From: Prevotella sp.
GTDB taxonomy: Bacteria > Bacteroidota > Bacteroidia > Bacteroidales > Bacteroidaceae
Reading direction: 5' to 3'
Assembly: GCA_052273435.1 (NCBI GenBank)
Contig: DAVZIG010000001.1
Location: 51,812-115,811 of the forward strand
Length of the DNA: 64,000 nucleotides
Positions 1-9,335 of this stretch are shown piece by piece. The position numbers and the translations under genes were made by a program. The notes under the pieces are model-generated. The model was not told where the DNA came from, made no database searches, and was given only the letters and a program-made list of their open reading frames with translations. The number at the start of each line of letters is the position of its first letter. Position 1 is the first letter of the stretch.

Positions 1-115
1 TCGTTCCTCCTCCGTAGTGAACTCGATCTTCATGTGTTCAAACATAAGAGGAAAAACGAAGGCATAACGGAGATAAAACGAAGGATTATCGAAGGATGAA
101 CGAAGAACGAACGAC
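1..115. repeat. Degenerate 11-bp-period tandem array (AAAACGAAGGN-like), with oppositely oriented units at 1-30; runs off the left edge
   Basis: CG dinucleotides at 57, 68, 79, 90, 101 and 112 (units aaaacgaaggc/ataacggagat/aaaacgaagga/ttatcgaagga/tgaacgaagaa), and at 2, 13 and 24 in reverse-type units. Confidence 0.7.
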
Positions 116-183
116 TTCTGAACAGAGAAAAATAAGGGTGTAAAGGAAGATGTGTGTGCTATTGCAAAAAAAAAACGTAAAAC

Positions 184-828
184 ATGAAAGCAAGGTATTT
201 ATTATTAATAATGTTTGTGCTCTGCACTAACGTGCTGTGTGCACAAGGCAATCGCCAGCCGACGGTCAATCCTGAGGACCGCGATGTCGACATGGATGTG
301 CCTACGTTTGTACCTATGGTGAAGGTGAGCAAGGCTCTTGTGGGTGGCGACAGCATACAGTATGTCGAGCTTAACCCTCTATACGTTTATCCGCAGCCCA
401 CGTTTGCTGATGCCAAGCAACGCCAAGCCTACAACCGCCTTGTTGCCAATGTCAAGAAGGTGCTTCCTATTGCCAAGGAGGTGAACGCCATTATCATCGA
501 GACTTATGACTTCCTGCAGACCCTGCCCAACAAGAAGGCCAAGGATGAGCATATGAAACTCGTGGAGAAGGACATACGCAAGCAATACACTCCGCGCATG
601 AAGAAACTGACCTATGCCCAGGGCAAACTGCTCATAAAACTTGTCTACCGCGAGTGCGACTCGTCTTCCTACCAACTCATTCAGGCGTTTCTCGGTCCGA
701 TACGTGCCGGATTCTATCAGGCCTTTGCAGCCTTGTTCGGTGCATCGCTCACGAAGAAATACGATGCCGAGGGCGTAGACCGCTATACGGAGCGAATAGT
801 GAGGCAAGTGGAGGCGGGGCAGTTATAG
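184..828 (+). CDS. DUF4294 family exported protein
   Basis: 214-aa ORF with a signal peptide; YNRLVANVKKVLP, LTYAQGKLLIKLVYRE and FYQAFAALFGASL resemble Bacteroidetes DUF4294. Confidence 0.75.
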   Translation: MKARYLLLIMFVLCTNVLCAQGNRQPTVNPEDRDVDMDVPTFVPMVKVSKALVGGDSIQYVELNPLYVYPQPTFADAKQRQAYNRLVANVKKVLPIAKEVNAIIIETYDFLQTLPNKKAKDEHMKLVEKDIRKQYTPRMKKLTYAQGKLLIKLVYRECDSSSYQLIQAFLGPIRAGFYQAFAALFGASLTKKYDAEGVDRYTERIVRQVEAGQL

Positions 829-908
829 AAGGGCATGAAGAAGAACGCCAACTTATTAAAATTCCTTTAAAAACACCCCTACATTACAAATATATGCAAA
901 TCTTTCAG

Positions 909-916
909 TAACTTTG
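909..916 (+). promoter_or_regulatory. Bacteroidetes sigma-A -7 element for the DEAD-box helicase
   Basis: TAACTTTG matches the TAnnTTTG consensus and lies about 175 nt upstream of the helicase start. Confidence 0.6.
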
Positions 917-1090
917 CATCCGAAATTCAGGATTTACATTTTTAGGATTAAGCTGTACATAAGTCTTCAAACAGGTTTTTGCCAATCATACAGGCGCAAA
1001 CTTTTCATGGCTGGGGAAGACAAACGAAGCAGCTCATTTTAGAGTTTGGATCCGCCTCTCTATATTTTTTACATAGCAAAACATTTAATA

Positions 1091-3007
1091 TTGAAGACAT
1101 TTGAAGAATTGGGCGTAAGCGAGGAGATTCGCCGCGCCATCGAGGAATTGGGCTTCGAGCATCCAATGCCTGTCCAGGAAGAAGTTATACCCTATTTGCT
1201 CGGCAACGGCAACGACGTCATCGCACTCGCACAGACCGGAACGGGCAAGACAGCAGCTTTCGGTATTCCGCTTTTGCAGCGCACCGACCCAACCGACCGC
1301 ACAACACAGGCTATCGTCATCTCGCCAACACGCGAGTTGTGCCTACAGATAGCCGACGACCTGAAGTCTTTCTCAAAATACATTAAAGGCATCAATATCG
1401 TGGCCGTATATGGCGGCACATCGATCATCAACCAGATACACGCTCTGAAACACGGAGCGCAGATTATCGTAGCCACTCCAGGACGACTCATCGACCTCAT
1501 GCACCGCGGCGCAGCTAAGGTGTCGGAGGTAAGGAACGTTGTGTTGGATGAGGCTGACGAAATGCTCAACATGGGTTTCTCCGACAGCATCAACGAGATA
1601 TTTGAGGCTGTGCCTACCGACCGCAACACTCTGCTCTTCTCGGCCACTATGAGCAAGGAGATAGAGAAGATAGCCAAGGGTTATCTGCACGACCACAAGG
1701 AGATTGTTGTTGGCTCGCGCAACGAGGGCGCCGAGAGCGTAAACCACATATATTATATGGTGAGCGCAAAGGACAAGTATCTTGCACTTAAGCGCATTGT
1801 CGATTTCTATCCACGTATCTACGGCATCATCTTCTGCCGCACCAAGGCTGAGACCCAGGAAGTGGCCGACAAACTCATACGCGATGGATACAACGCAGAG
1901 CCTTTGCACGGCGACCTCTCGCAGCAACAGCGCGACATCACTATGCAGAAGTTTCGCCAGCATATCACGCAGCTTCTTGTTGCCACCGACGTTGCAGCTC
2001 GAGGTCTTGATGTTGACGACCTTACTCACGTAATCAACTACGGAATGCCTGGCGATGTGGAGAGCTACACCCACCGTTCGGGTCGTACCGGACGTGCCGG
2101 CAAGAAGGGTACATCCATCAGCATCATCCACACCAAGGAGCGTGGACGTGTCCGTGAGATTGAGAAGATTATCGGCAAGCAGTTTGTCGACGGAACTCTG
2201 CCTACACCACAGGAAATTTGCTCAAAGCAGCTCTTCAAGGCTATCGACGAGATAGAGAAGGTTGACGTTGATGAGGACCAGATAGCTCCATTCATGGACG
2301 ACATCAACCGTCATTTTGAGTATTTCGACAAGGAGGATATATTGAAGAAGATAGTGTCGCTTGAGTTCGGCAAGTTCCTCAAGTACTATGCCAACGCTCC
2401 TGAGATTGTGAAGCCTTCGGCAGGACGCGACCGTAAGGACCGATCTGAGGGACGCGACGGCAAGAAGCGCGAGAAGCGTGCTCCAGAGGCAGGCTACCGT
2501 AGGCTGTTCATCAATCTTGGCAAGGACGACGGTTTCTATCCGGGTGAGGTGATGCAGTTCCTCAACCGCAATGTGCATGGCCGTCAGGAAGTGGGACATA
2601 TAGACCTGCTCGCACGTATATCTTATATCGAGGTGCCAGAGCAGGATGCCGACAAGGTGATGCGTGCTCTCAATGGTGCTACCTACCGCAATCGCAACGT
2701 GCGTTGCAACGATGCTGACGATACATCTGCCGCATCCTCATCTGAGGGCAAGCGCGGAAAGCGCGACGGAGGCTCTCGCACAACACGCCGCAAAGACAAT
2801 GACGACTTCTCGCGCTATGAGAAACGCTCAAAACGTCGCAACGAAGACGATGGACGCAAACGCAGTCAGCGTGGAGCTTCGCGCTATGAGAGTGGACGCA
2901 AGGATGATTGGCGACAGTTTATCGACAATCCCGATATAAAGCTCCGTGGAGAGGAACCTGACTTCTCGGAAGAGGGATGGGCACGCCGCAAACCACGAAA
3001 GAAATAA
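1091..3007 (+). CDS. deaD: DEAD/DEAH-box RNA helicase (DeaD/CsdA-like) with a DbpA-type RNA-binding domain and a basic C-terminal tail
   Basis: Q-motif (TFEELG...PMPVQ), AQTGTGKT, PTREL, DEAD, SAT, ARGLD and HRSGRTGRAG motifs; start placed at TTG 1091 (MKTFEELG). Confidence 0.9.
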   Translation: MKTFEELGVSEEIRRAIEELGFEHPMPVQEEVIPYLLGNGNDVIALAQTGTGKTAAFGIPLLQRTDPTDRTTQAIVISPTRELCLQIADDLKSFSKYIKGINIVAVYGGTSIINQIHALKHGAQIIVATPGRLIDLMHRGAAKVSEVRNVVLDEADEMLNMGFSDSINEIFEAVPTDRNTLLFSATMSKEIEKIAKGYLHDHKEIVVGSRNEGAESVNHIYYMVSAKDKYLALKRIVDFYPRIYGIIFCRTKAETQEVADKLIRDGYNAEPLHGDLSQQQRDITMQKFRQHITQLLVATDVAARGLDVDDLTHVINYGMPGDVESYTHRSGRTGRAGKKGTSISIIHTKERGRVREIEKIIGKQFVDGTLPTPQEICSKQLFKAIDEIEKVDVDEDQIAPFMDDINRHFEYFDKEDILKKIVSLEFGKFLKYYANAPEIVKPSAGRDRKDRSEGRDGKKREKRAPEAGYRRLFINLGKDDGFYPGEVMQFLNRNVHGRQEVGHIDLLARISYIEVPEQDADKVMRALNGATYRNRNVRCNDADDTSAASSSEGKRGKRDGGSRTTRRKDNDDFSRYEKRSKRRNEDDGRKRSQRGASRYESGRKDDWRQFIDNPDIKLRGEEPDFSEEGWARRKPRKK

Positions 3008-3035
3008 CTTGAATAGGGCACACAACAAAAAAGTT

Positions 3036-3086
3036 AAGGACGAATTGCCAAAAAGAGACTCTTTTTTTTGGCAGTTCGCCCTTTTT
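3036..3086 (+). terminator. Intrinsic terminator after the helicase
   Basis: aaggacgaattgccaaaaa / tttttggcagttcgccctt stem followed by a T-tract. Confidence 0.7.
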
Positions 3087-3169
3087 CACTTATTTTTGTA
3101 AACTGTAGATAGAACAAGTCTACTCGTTACACCCTAAATGCTAATATTAACAAAAACTCTAAAACGAAT

Positions 3170-3775
3170 ATGTCATTCTCAGAACTTTGTAACAACATTT
3201 TCAACAAGGCTATTGTCGACTACCACATCAAGGACAATATCGAGACGCCTATCAACAACCCTTACGAACGCGACGAGATAGAGAACCGACTCTACCTGAA
3301 ATGCTGGATTGACACCGTGCAGTGGCATTTCGAGGATATAATCCGCGACCCGCATATCGACCCTGTTGAAGCTCTCTCGCTCAAGCGTCGTATCGACCGT
3401 TCAAACCAGGACCGTACAGACCTCGTTGAGCAGATTGACTCTTATTTCCGTCAGAAGTACAGCGATGTGAATGTGTTGCCAGACGCACGTCTCAACACAG
3501 AGTCGCCGGCATGGGCTGTCGACCGCCTCTCTATCCTCGCACTCAAAATTTACCACATGCGCGAGCAGGTAGAGCGCACAGATGCTACTGATGAGCATCG
3601 CCAGAAATGTCAGGACAAGCTAAATGTGCTGCTTGAGCAGCAACGCGACCTTTCGCTTGCCATCGACCAATTGCTCGACGACATTCAGGCTGGACGCAAG
3701 TACATGAAAGTATACCGTCAGATGAAGATGTATAACGACCCGTCGACAAATCCGGTTCTTTACAAGAAGAATTAA
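3170..3775 (+). CDS. DUF4254 domain protein
   Basis: QWHFEDIIR, KRRIDRSNQDRTDLVEQID, ESPAWAVDRLSILALKIYHM and KVYRQMKMYND motifs. Confidence 0.8.
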   Translation: MSFSELCNNIFNKAIVDYHIKDNIETPINNPYERDEIENRLYLKCWIDTVQWHFEDIIRDPHIDPVEALSLKRRIDRSNQDRTDLVEQIDSYFRQKYSDVNVLPDARLNTESPAWAVDRLSILALKIYHMREQVERTDATDEHRQKCQDKLNVLLEQQRDLSLAIDQLLDDIQAGRKYMKVYRQMKMYNDPSTNPVLYKKN

Positions 3776-3784
3776 TAATTTAGA

Positions 3785-4834
3785 ATGAAAACCGACCATC
3801 TCCTAATAATGCGCTTCTCGGCCATGGGCGATGTAGCTATGCTTGTGCCTGTGGTCTGCTCTTTGGCGCGACAGTATCCCGACTTGCGCATTACTGTGCT
3901 GAGCCGCCCGTTCGCACGCCCATTTTTCGAAGAGCTGGCTCCTAATGTGGGATTTATGGAGGCGGATCTTAAGGGCGAGTATCATGGGGTGTCGGGACTT
4001 AACGCCCTTTACCGTCGGTTGGTGGCGAAGAATTTCACAGCCATTGCCGACATGCACAACATCCTGCGCTCGTCTTATCTACGCATGCGCTTTAATCTTG
4101 CCCGCTACCGTGTGGAACATATCGACAAGCATCGCCGTGAGCGTCGCCAGTTAGTTTCAGGCAAGGATCACATTCTGCAACAGCTACCCACATCGTTTGA
4201 AAACTATACAGATGTGCTTGAACGGTTGGGATTCCCCGTAAAGTTGGAGTTCGATTCTGTTTTCCCATCTACAGGAGGCAATCTTCGGCTTATCTGCGAA
4301 CGTGTTGGCGAGAAAAAGATGTTTCAGCAGTGGATAGGCATTGCTCCGTTTGCCGCTCATAAGGGAAAGATTTATCCTACGGAGAAGATGGAGCAGGTGA
4401 TAAACGAATTGATTCGCCGCCATCCTTCGTGTCGTATATTCCTTTTTGGTGGAGGAGAGCATGAGTTCAAAGTGCTCAACGATTGGTGCTCGCGTTATAA
4501 GAACTGCCTCAACGCTTCGGCTGTGCTCGGCTCTCTGCAGCAGGAAATGATTCTCATGAGTAATCTCGATGTCATGGTGTCGATGGACAGTGCCAATATG
4601 CACCTGGCTTCAATCTGTGGCACACGTGTTGTAAGTGTATGGGGAGCTACTCATCCGTTTGCAGGATTTATGGGTTGGCATCAGAATATGGATGATGCTG
4701 TGCAGCTCGACATGCCTTGCCGTCCGTGCTCAATTTATGGCAACCGCCCTTGCCGACGTGGCGACTATGCCTGTCTTATGGGCATAGAGCCTGTGACGAT
4801 AGTGGAAAGAGTGGAAACTGCACTTAAGAAATAA
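3785..4834 (+). CDS. Glycosyltransferase family 9 (heptosyltransferase-like, LPS core)
   Basis: RFSAMGDV at the N-terminus, SMDSANMHLAS, VWGATHP and a CRPC...C...C cluster typical of GT9. Confidence 0.85.
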   Translation: MKTDHLLIMRFSAMGDVAMLVPVVCSLARQYPDLRITVLSRPFARPFFEELAPNVGFMEADLKGEYHGVSGLNALYRRLVAKNFTAIADMHNILRSSYLRMRFNLARYRVEHIDKHRRERRQLVSGKDHILQQLPTSFENYTDVLERLGFPVKLEFDSVFPSTGGNLRLICERVGEKKMFQQWIGIAPFAAHKGKIYPTEKMEQVINELIRRHPSCRIFLFGGGEHEFKVLNDWCSRYKNCLNASAVLGSLQQEMILMSNLDVMVSMDSANMHLASICGTRVVSVWGATHPFAGFMGWHQNMDDAVQLDMPCRPCSIYGNRPCRRGDYACLMGIEPVTIVERVETALKK

Positions 4835-4842
4835 ATAGTATC

Positions 4843-4958
4843 AAGAGCTAAGGAATAAGAAGCAAGAATTATGATAACTGTTAGTTAGGCAATGTGTTAT
4901 TGGCGTGTAGTGCCACACATTGTATATCATAATTCTTAATTCTTATTCCTTAATTCTT
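4843..4958. repeat. About 115-bp imperfect palindrome built from 7-bp units
   Basis: aggaataagaagcaagaattatgata pairs with tatcataattcttaattcttattcct; inner stems caatgtg/cacattg and tggc/gcca. Confidence 0.75.
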
Positions 4959-5060
4959 TTAAACCCTTTGACTTCGCAAAAATAAATTAAAAATCTTGGC
5001 GTATCGGTAAAAATGCCCTAACTTTGTATTCGCAAAATTATATATAATACGTAGTTTTTA

Positions 5061-6206
5061 ATGTCCAAGTCTTATCTTTTAGCATTTACAGCTGCTGTGA
5101 GTATGTTGCTCACATCTTGCTTCAAGGACGAACCGCTTAATGCCGAATGCGACATTGAGCAGGCTTATCTCCACGCTGACGAACCTTCGGAGATATTCGC
5201 GAAACTTACCGACAGCATTGCCACAACAAATGAGACGGCACGTGTTGTCACTTTCAAAGTGCGCAAAGGCACCGACCTTTCGGCTCTTGCGCCAAAGTTT
5301 ATGATTACATCTGGAGCCACAATTTCTCCAGAAAACGGATCGGTTCAGAATTTTTCGAAGGGTGGAGTTATTTATACAGTTACTTCAGAGGACCGCGCCT
5401 ATAAAAAGAGCTACTTGGTAAGATTTAACGATGGCGGCTATTTCCCGTCGGAGCTTGACTTCGAGCATTTCTTCCTTGAACCCGACAAGAAGAAGTATTA
5501 CATGTGGACTGACATCGACGAGAATGGTGTGGAGATGCTCAATTGGGCTTCTGGAAATGCTGGTTTCGCCATTGTCGGTGGCAAGGCCACTCCCGATGGC
5601 TATCCCACAACTCCCTACGACGATGGATTGGATGGCAAGGCGGTAAAACTCACCACTCGTTCTACGGGCAAGCCTGGTGCGGCATTCAAAATGCCTATTG
5701 CCGCTGGCAATCTGTTCACAGGTTCGTTTAACGCCACTACTGCAACGATGCGCCCACTTGAGTCAACACGTTTCGGAGATGGTCCTTTCTGTATTGTCGA
5801 CAAGAAGCCTGTAAGATTCAAGGGGTACTACCAGTATACTCCTGGAGAGACTATCACCAATCGTCAGGGCGCAACGGTGGAAGGCATCGACCAAGGCGAC
5901 CTCTATGCTGTACTTTTCAAGAATACAACGGCCGACGGTAAGCAGTTCTGGCTTGATGGCACAAACGTTAAGACGAGTCAGCAGATTGTAGCTCTTGCCT
6001 TGGCTGGACCTGTAGACAAGACCGAAGGTGGATGGAAGGAGTTTAATGTAGCATTTGATTACATTGCCAACTTCGATCCTCAGCTACTCTCCAATCATGG
6101 CTATAGTCTGGCTGTAGTGTTCACATCAAGTTGCGGAGGAGCCGACTTTGTTGGAGCTGTAGGCAGCGAATTGCTTGTCGACAAGGTGAGAATAGTGATG
6201 GAATAG
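5061..6206 (+). CDS. Lipoprotein with an N-terminal Ig-like module and a PCMD (putative carbohydrate metabolism) domain
   Basis: Lipobox LLTSC; LAPKF..TSGATISP...YTVTSED; WASGNAG, GKAVKLTT, IAAGNLFTG, GYYQYTPG and F.GAVGS.L.VD; TAACTTTG promoter at 5019-5026. Confidence 0.8.
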   Translation: MSKSYLLAFTAAVSMLLTSCFKDEPLNAECDIEQAYLHADEPSEIFAKLTDSIATTNETARVVTFKVRKGTDLSALAPKFMITSGATISPENGSVQNFSKGGVIYTVTSEDRAYKKSYLVRFNDGGYFPSELDFEHFFLEPDKKKYYMWTDIDENGVEMLNWASGNAGFAIVGGKATPDGYPTTPYDDGLDGKAVKLTTRSTGKPGAAFKMPIAAGNLFTGSFNATTATMRPLESTRFGDGPFCIVDKKPVRFKGYYQYTPGETITNRQGATVEGIDQGDLYAVLFKNTTADGKQFWLDGTNVKTSQQIVALALAGPVDKTEGGWKEFNVAFDYIANFDPQLLSNHGYSLAVVFTSSCGGADFVGAVGSELLVDKVRIVME

Positions 6207-6249
6207 TGGACAGGAATATAACAGACCTTTAATATACGAAACAACAAAG

Positions 6250-7002
6250 ATGAAAAGATACATTATTTCTGCCACTCTCCTCGTGCTTTTCGCTGTGCAG
6301 AGTTTTGGCATAGACATATTCGACAATCTGCGCTATCAGGTGCGTCTTGGCTACAATCTTGGCGGTACCGCTCCTGTAGGAATGCCGGCAGAGATTCGTT
6401 CGCTCGACAAGTTCAAACCTAAGGCAAATCTTCTTGTTGGTCTTGACGCCTACAAGCCGTTGACCGACAAATGGGGCATTATGGCTGGTTTTCACTATGA
6501 GAACAAGGGTATGGAGACAGATGCACGTGTCAAGAACTACCACATGGAGATGCGCTATACCGACAGAACCATTGAGGGAATGTTCACAGGAAATGTAGTT
6601 ACCAAGGTGGAGGAATGGATGGTCACAATGCCATTGCAAGCTACTTATGATGTTTCGCAGAATGTGCGCTTGAAGGCGGGTCCATATTTCTCTTATGTAA
6701 TGTCAAATGATTTCTCGGGTTATGCCTACGACGGTTATCTGCGTGAAGGCGATCCAACAGGACAGAAAATAGAGCTTGGTCATGGTGAGGGTGATCGTGG
6801 CGACTACGACTTCACAGATGACTTGCGCCATTGGCAGTTTGGTGTGGATGTGGGTGCCGACTGGTATTTCTCTAAGCATCTCGGCATGTATGCCGACTTG
6901 TCGTGGGGACTCTCTGCCGTGTTCAAGAAAGACTTCAAGACAATTTCGCAGAAGCTATATCCAATATATGGTAGTGTGGGACTTATTTACAAACTGAAAT
7001 AA
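6250..7002 (+). CDS. Outer-membrane beta-barrel (porin family / OMP_b-brl_2-like)
   Basis: Signal peptide; GYNLGGTAP, YENKGMETDARVKNY and AGPYFSY; amphipathic strands ending GSVGLIYKLK. Confidence 0.75.
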   Translation: MKRYIISATLLVLFAVQSFGIDIFDNLRYQVRLGYNLGGTAPVGMPAEIRSLDKFKPKANLLVGLDAYKPLTDKWGIMAGFHYENKGMETDARVKNYHMEMRYTDRTIEGMFTGNVVTKVEEWMVTMPLQATYDVSQNVRLKAGPYFSYVMSNDFSGYAYDGYLREGDPTGQKIELGHGEGDRGDYDFTDDLRHWQFGVDVGADWYFSKHLGMYADLSWGLSAVFKKDFKTISQKLYPIYGSVGLIYKLK

Positions 7003-7026
7003 TTTTTTCAAAAAACATTTATTATT

Positions 7027-7647
7027 ATGAAGAAGATTTTAATCTCAATGTTCGCTTTGGTTGTAGCGATAGCAGCTAATGCTGCCACAACAGTAGAAAC
7101 AACTATTTTTCATGGTAAGCTCGGCATAGACATAACAGGTGGAAAACCTGACATGGAAGATGCAACTGACGCTACCATTACAGTAAGCCAGATGGATGAC
7201 GACACATATACTTTTGTGCTCAATAAGTTCTCTTTCGGCGAAATGCTTATTGGCGATGCTACTGTCAGTGGGCTAACTTATGAGAAAAAGGATGGTGCTA
7301 TGATTCTTACAGCAACCGACAAGGAGGCACCTATCACAAACGGTGGTGAGATTGCAGAGCTTATAGGAGGAAAGGTTAACATGACGTTGACAGCCACTAT
7401 CAAGAACGGTCAGATGATAGCCGACTTAGATAAAATTGAAGTGTATCTTTCAGGACCTGATGCTGACCCGCTGGTTGTAAGTGCCCGTTTTGAATCAACT
7501 TCTTCTGAGACAGGCATTGATACTGTGACAACTTCTGGTAAATTGTCACGTGTTTATGATATCTCAGGTCGTGAACTACCGGCTTTGAAGAAAGGTCTTA
7601 ACATTGTGAAGACTGAGGACGGCAAGACCGTGAAGATTATAAAGTAA
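7027..7647 (+). CDS. Secreted calycin-like domain protein with a Prevotella-type T9SS C-terminal sorting tail
   Basis: Signal peptide; YTFVLNKFSFG..IGD calycin-like pattern; C-terminal TGID...VYDISGR....KKGLNIV...DGKTVKII. Confidence 0.65.
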   Translation: MKKILISMFALVVAIAANAATTVETTIFHGKLGIDITGGKPDMEDATDATITVSQMDDDTYTFVLNKFSFGEMLIGDATVSGLTYEKKDGAMILTATDKEAPITNGGEIAELIGGKVNMTLTATIKNGQMIADLDKIEVYLSGPDADPLVVSARFESTSSETGIDTVTTSGKLSRVYDISGRELPALKKGLNIVKTEDGKTVKIIK

Positions 7648-7706
7648 GGGCGATTCTTACGAAAGCTTGTTTAAACGACTATAGAAATAATAGAAAACAA
7701 ATTATA

Positions 7707-7758
7707 GTTTAGCATTAGGAGGTCGGGTGAGGAATCACTCGACCTCCTAATGCTAAAC
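7707..7758. terminator. Long, near-perfect hairpin closing the PCMD operon
   Basis: gtttagcattaggaggtcg...cgacctcctaatgctaaac. Confidence 0.65.
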
Positions 7759-7783
7759 ATAATAACCCAAAACATTCCTAACA

Positions 7784-8449
7784 ATGAACGTAAAGATAGA
7801 ACCCTCGTGGCATGACCACTTGCAGTCGGAATTCTCGCAGCCATATTTTGCACAGCTCACCGACTTTGTGCGCCACGAATATTCCACACAGACTTGCTAT
7901 CCTCCTGGAAAACTAATATTCAATGCCTTTAACCTCTGCCCGTTTGACAAGGTGAAGGTGGTTATCATAGGACAGGACCCGTATCATGAGCCAGGACAGG
8001 CTCAGGGACTAAGCTTCTCTGTGGCTCCAGGTGTTCCTTTCCCGCCATCTCTTCAGAATATTTTCAAGGAGATACAGCTTGACCTTGGCAAGCCAATCCC
8101 TCAGACTGGCGACCTGACTCGTTGGGCACAGCAAGGAGTATTGCTGCTCAATGCCACTCTTACAGTGCGTGCCCATCAGGCTGCTTCGCATCAGCGTCGT
8201 GGTTGGGAGACTTTCACCGATGCTGCCATACGTGCCCTGTCAGCCGGCAAAGACCATGTGGCGTTCATTCTGTGGGGTGGCTATGCACGTTCAAAGGCAT
8301 CGCTTATCGACCGTTCCAAACATCTCATTCTTGAGTCGGTGCATCCATCACCACTTTCAGCCAACCGTGGCGGATGGTTTGGCAATCATCATTTCTCGAG
8401 TTGCAACCAGTGGCTTTTAGAGCATGGCGAAGAACCAATAGAGTGGTAA
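7784..8449 (+). CDS. ung: Uracil-DNA glycosylase (family 1)
   Basis: GQDPYH, GLSFS, PPSLQNI, GVLLLN and HPSPLS motifs. Confidence 0.97.
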   Translation: MNVKIEPSWHDHLQSEFSQPYFAQLTDFVRHEYSTQTCYPPGKLIFNAFNLCPFDKVKVVIIGQDPYHEPGQAQGLSFSVAPGVPFPPSLQNIFKEIQLDLGKPIPQTGDLTRWAQQGVLLLNATLTVRAHQAASHQRRGWETFTDAAIRALSAGKDHVAFILWGGYARSKASLIDRSKHLILESVHPSPLSANRGGWFGNHHFSSCNQWLLEHGEEPIEW

Positions 8450-8559
8450 AGGCTTAATGATAGTGGTAAAGGCATAAACAAAAGTGCTATTACCGTGGTT
8501 AAGTCATAAAGAAAAAGTGTTAAGTCAAAAGATAAAACAATAAAAAAGCAATAAATCCA

Positions 8560-9144
8560 ATGATTTTAGAAATATCCAATATCCTTGTTTCTTCAGATAT
8601 TATCACAGAGCAGTTCTGCTGCGATCTCGACAAATGTCATGGTATTTGTTGTGTGGAGGGCGACGCTGGAGCACCAGTCACCCTTGACGAGATAGCAGGC
8701 ATCGAAGATTCGCTCGACACCGTGTGGAGCGATATGTCAGCCTCTGCACAAGCTGTAGTCGACAAGCAAGGCGTGGCCTATACCGATCGTGAGGGTGACC
8801 TTGTGACAAGTATTGTAGGTGGCAAGGACTGTGTGTTCACTTGTTATGAGAATGGATGTTGCCTATGCGCCCTTGAGCGTGCCTATCGACAGGGCAAGGC
8901 CTCATTCATCAAACCCATCTCATGTGCTCTCTATCCGATACGCGAGAAGAAAATCAACAACGACATTATAGCCCTTAATTATAATAGGTGGGATGTGTGT
9001 CGCGATGCTGTGAAGAAGGGTCGCGAACTCGGGCTTCCAGTTTACCGCTTTCTTGAAGGTCCGCTTGTGAGACGTTTTGGCAAGGAATGGTATGATGAAC
9101 TGTGTGTGGTGGCAGAGGAACTCAAGCGTTCGGGAATACTATAG
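8560..9144 (+). CDS. DUF3109 family Cys-rich protein
   Basis: FCCDLDKCHGICCVEGDAGAP, DCVF, KPISCALYPIR and FGKEWY motifs. Confidence 0.8.
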   Translation: MILEISNILVSSDIITEQFCCDLDKCHGICCVEGDAGAPVTLDEIAGIEDSLDTVWSDMSASAQAVVDKQGVAYTDREGDLVTSIVGGKDCVFTCYENGCCLCALERAYRQGKASFIKPISCALYPIREKKINNDIIALNYNRWDVCRDAVKKGRELGLPVYRFLEGPLVRRFGKEWYDELCVVAEELKRSGIL

Positions 9145-9335
9145 TCTTGTGCTATTTTTACAAACTCTGTCAGAAGCCCCAAAAATCATTGCCAAAAAGT
9201 TTGCTCGTAACATAAAAATATGTATCTTTACACCGTGAAATCCAAGTCCGCATTGCCTATGTGTTTTGTGCGGACACAACCCTAAATCTACTAATATTCT
9301 ATACTATAAACATATCAAAAAGTAAGCAAACGATT

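Noticed and set aside
4960..5040. Possible invertible promoter upstream of the PCMD operon
   Set aside because: The repeated ttcgcaaaa (4973, 5029) is direct, not inverted, and there is no recombinase nearby.
8442..8530. Short duplications after ung (agtggtaaaggc x2, gttaagtca x2)
   Set aside because: Only two copies each, at 20- and 21-bp spacing; too weak to call an element.
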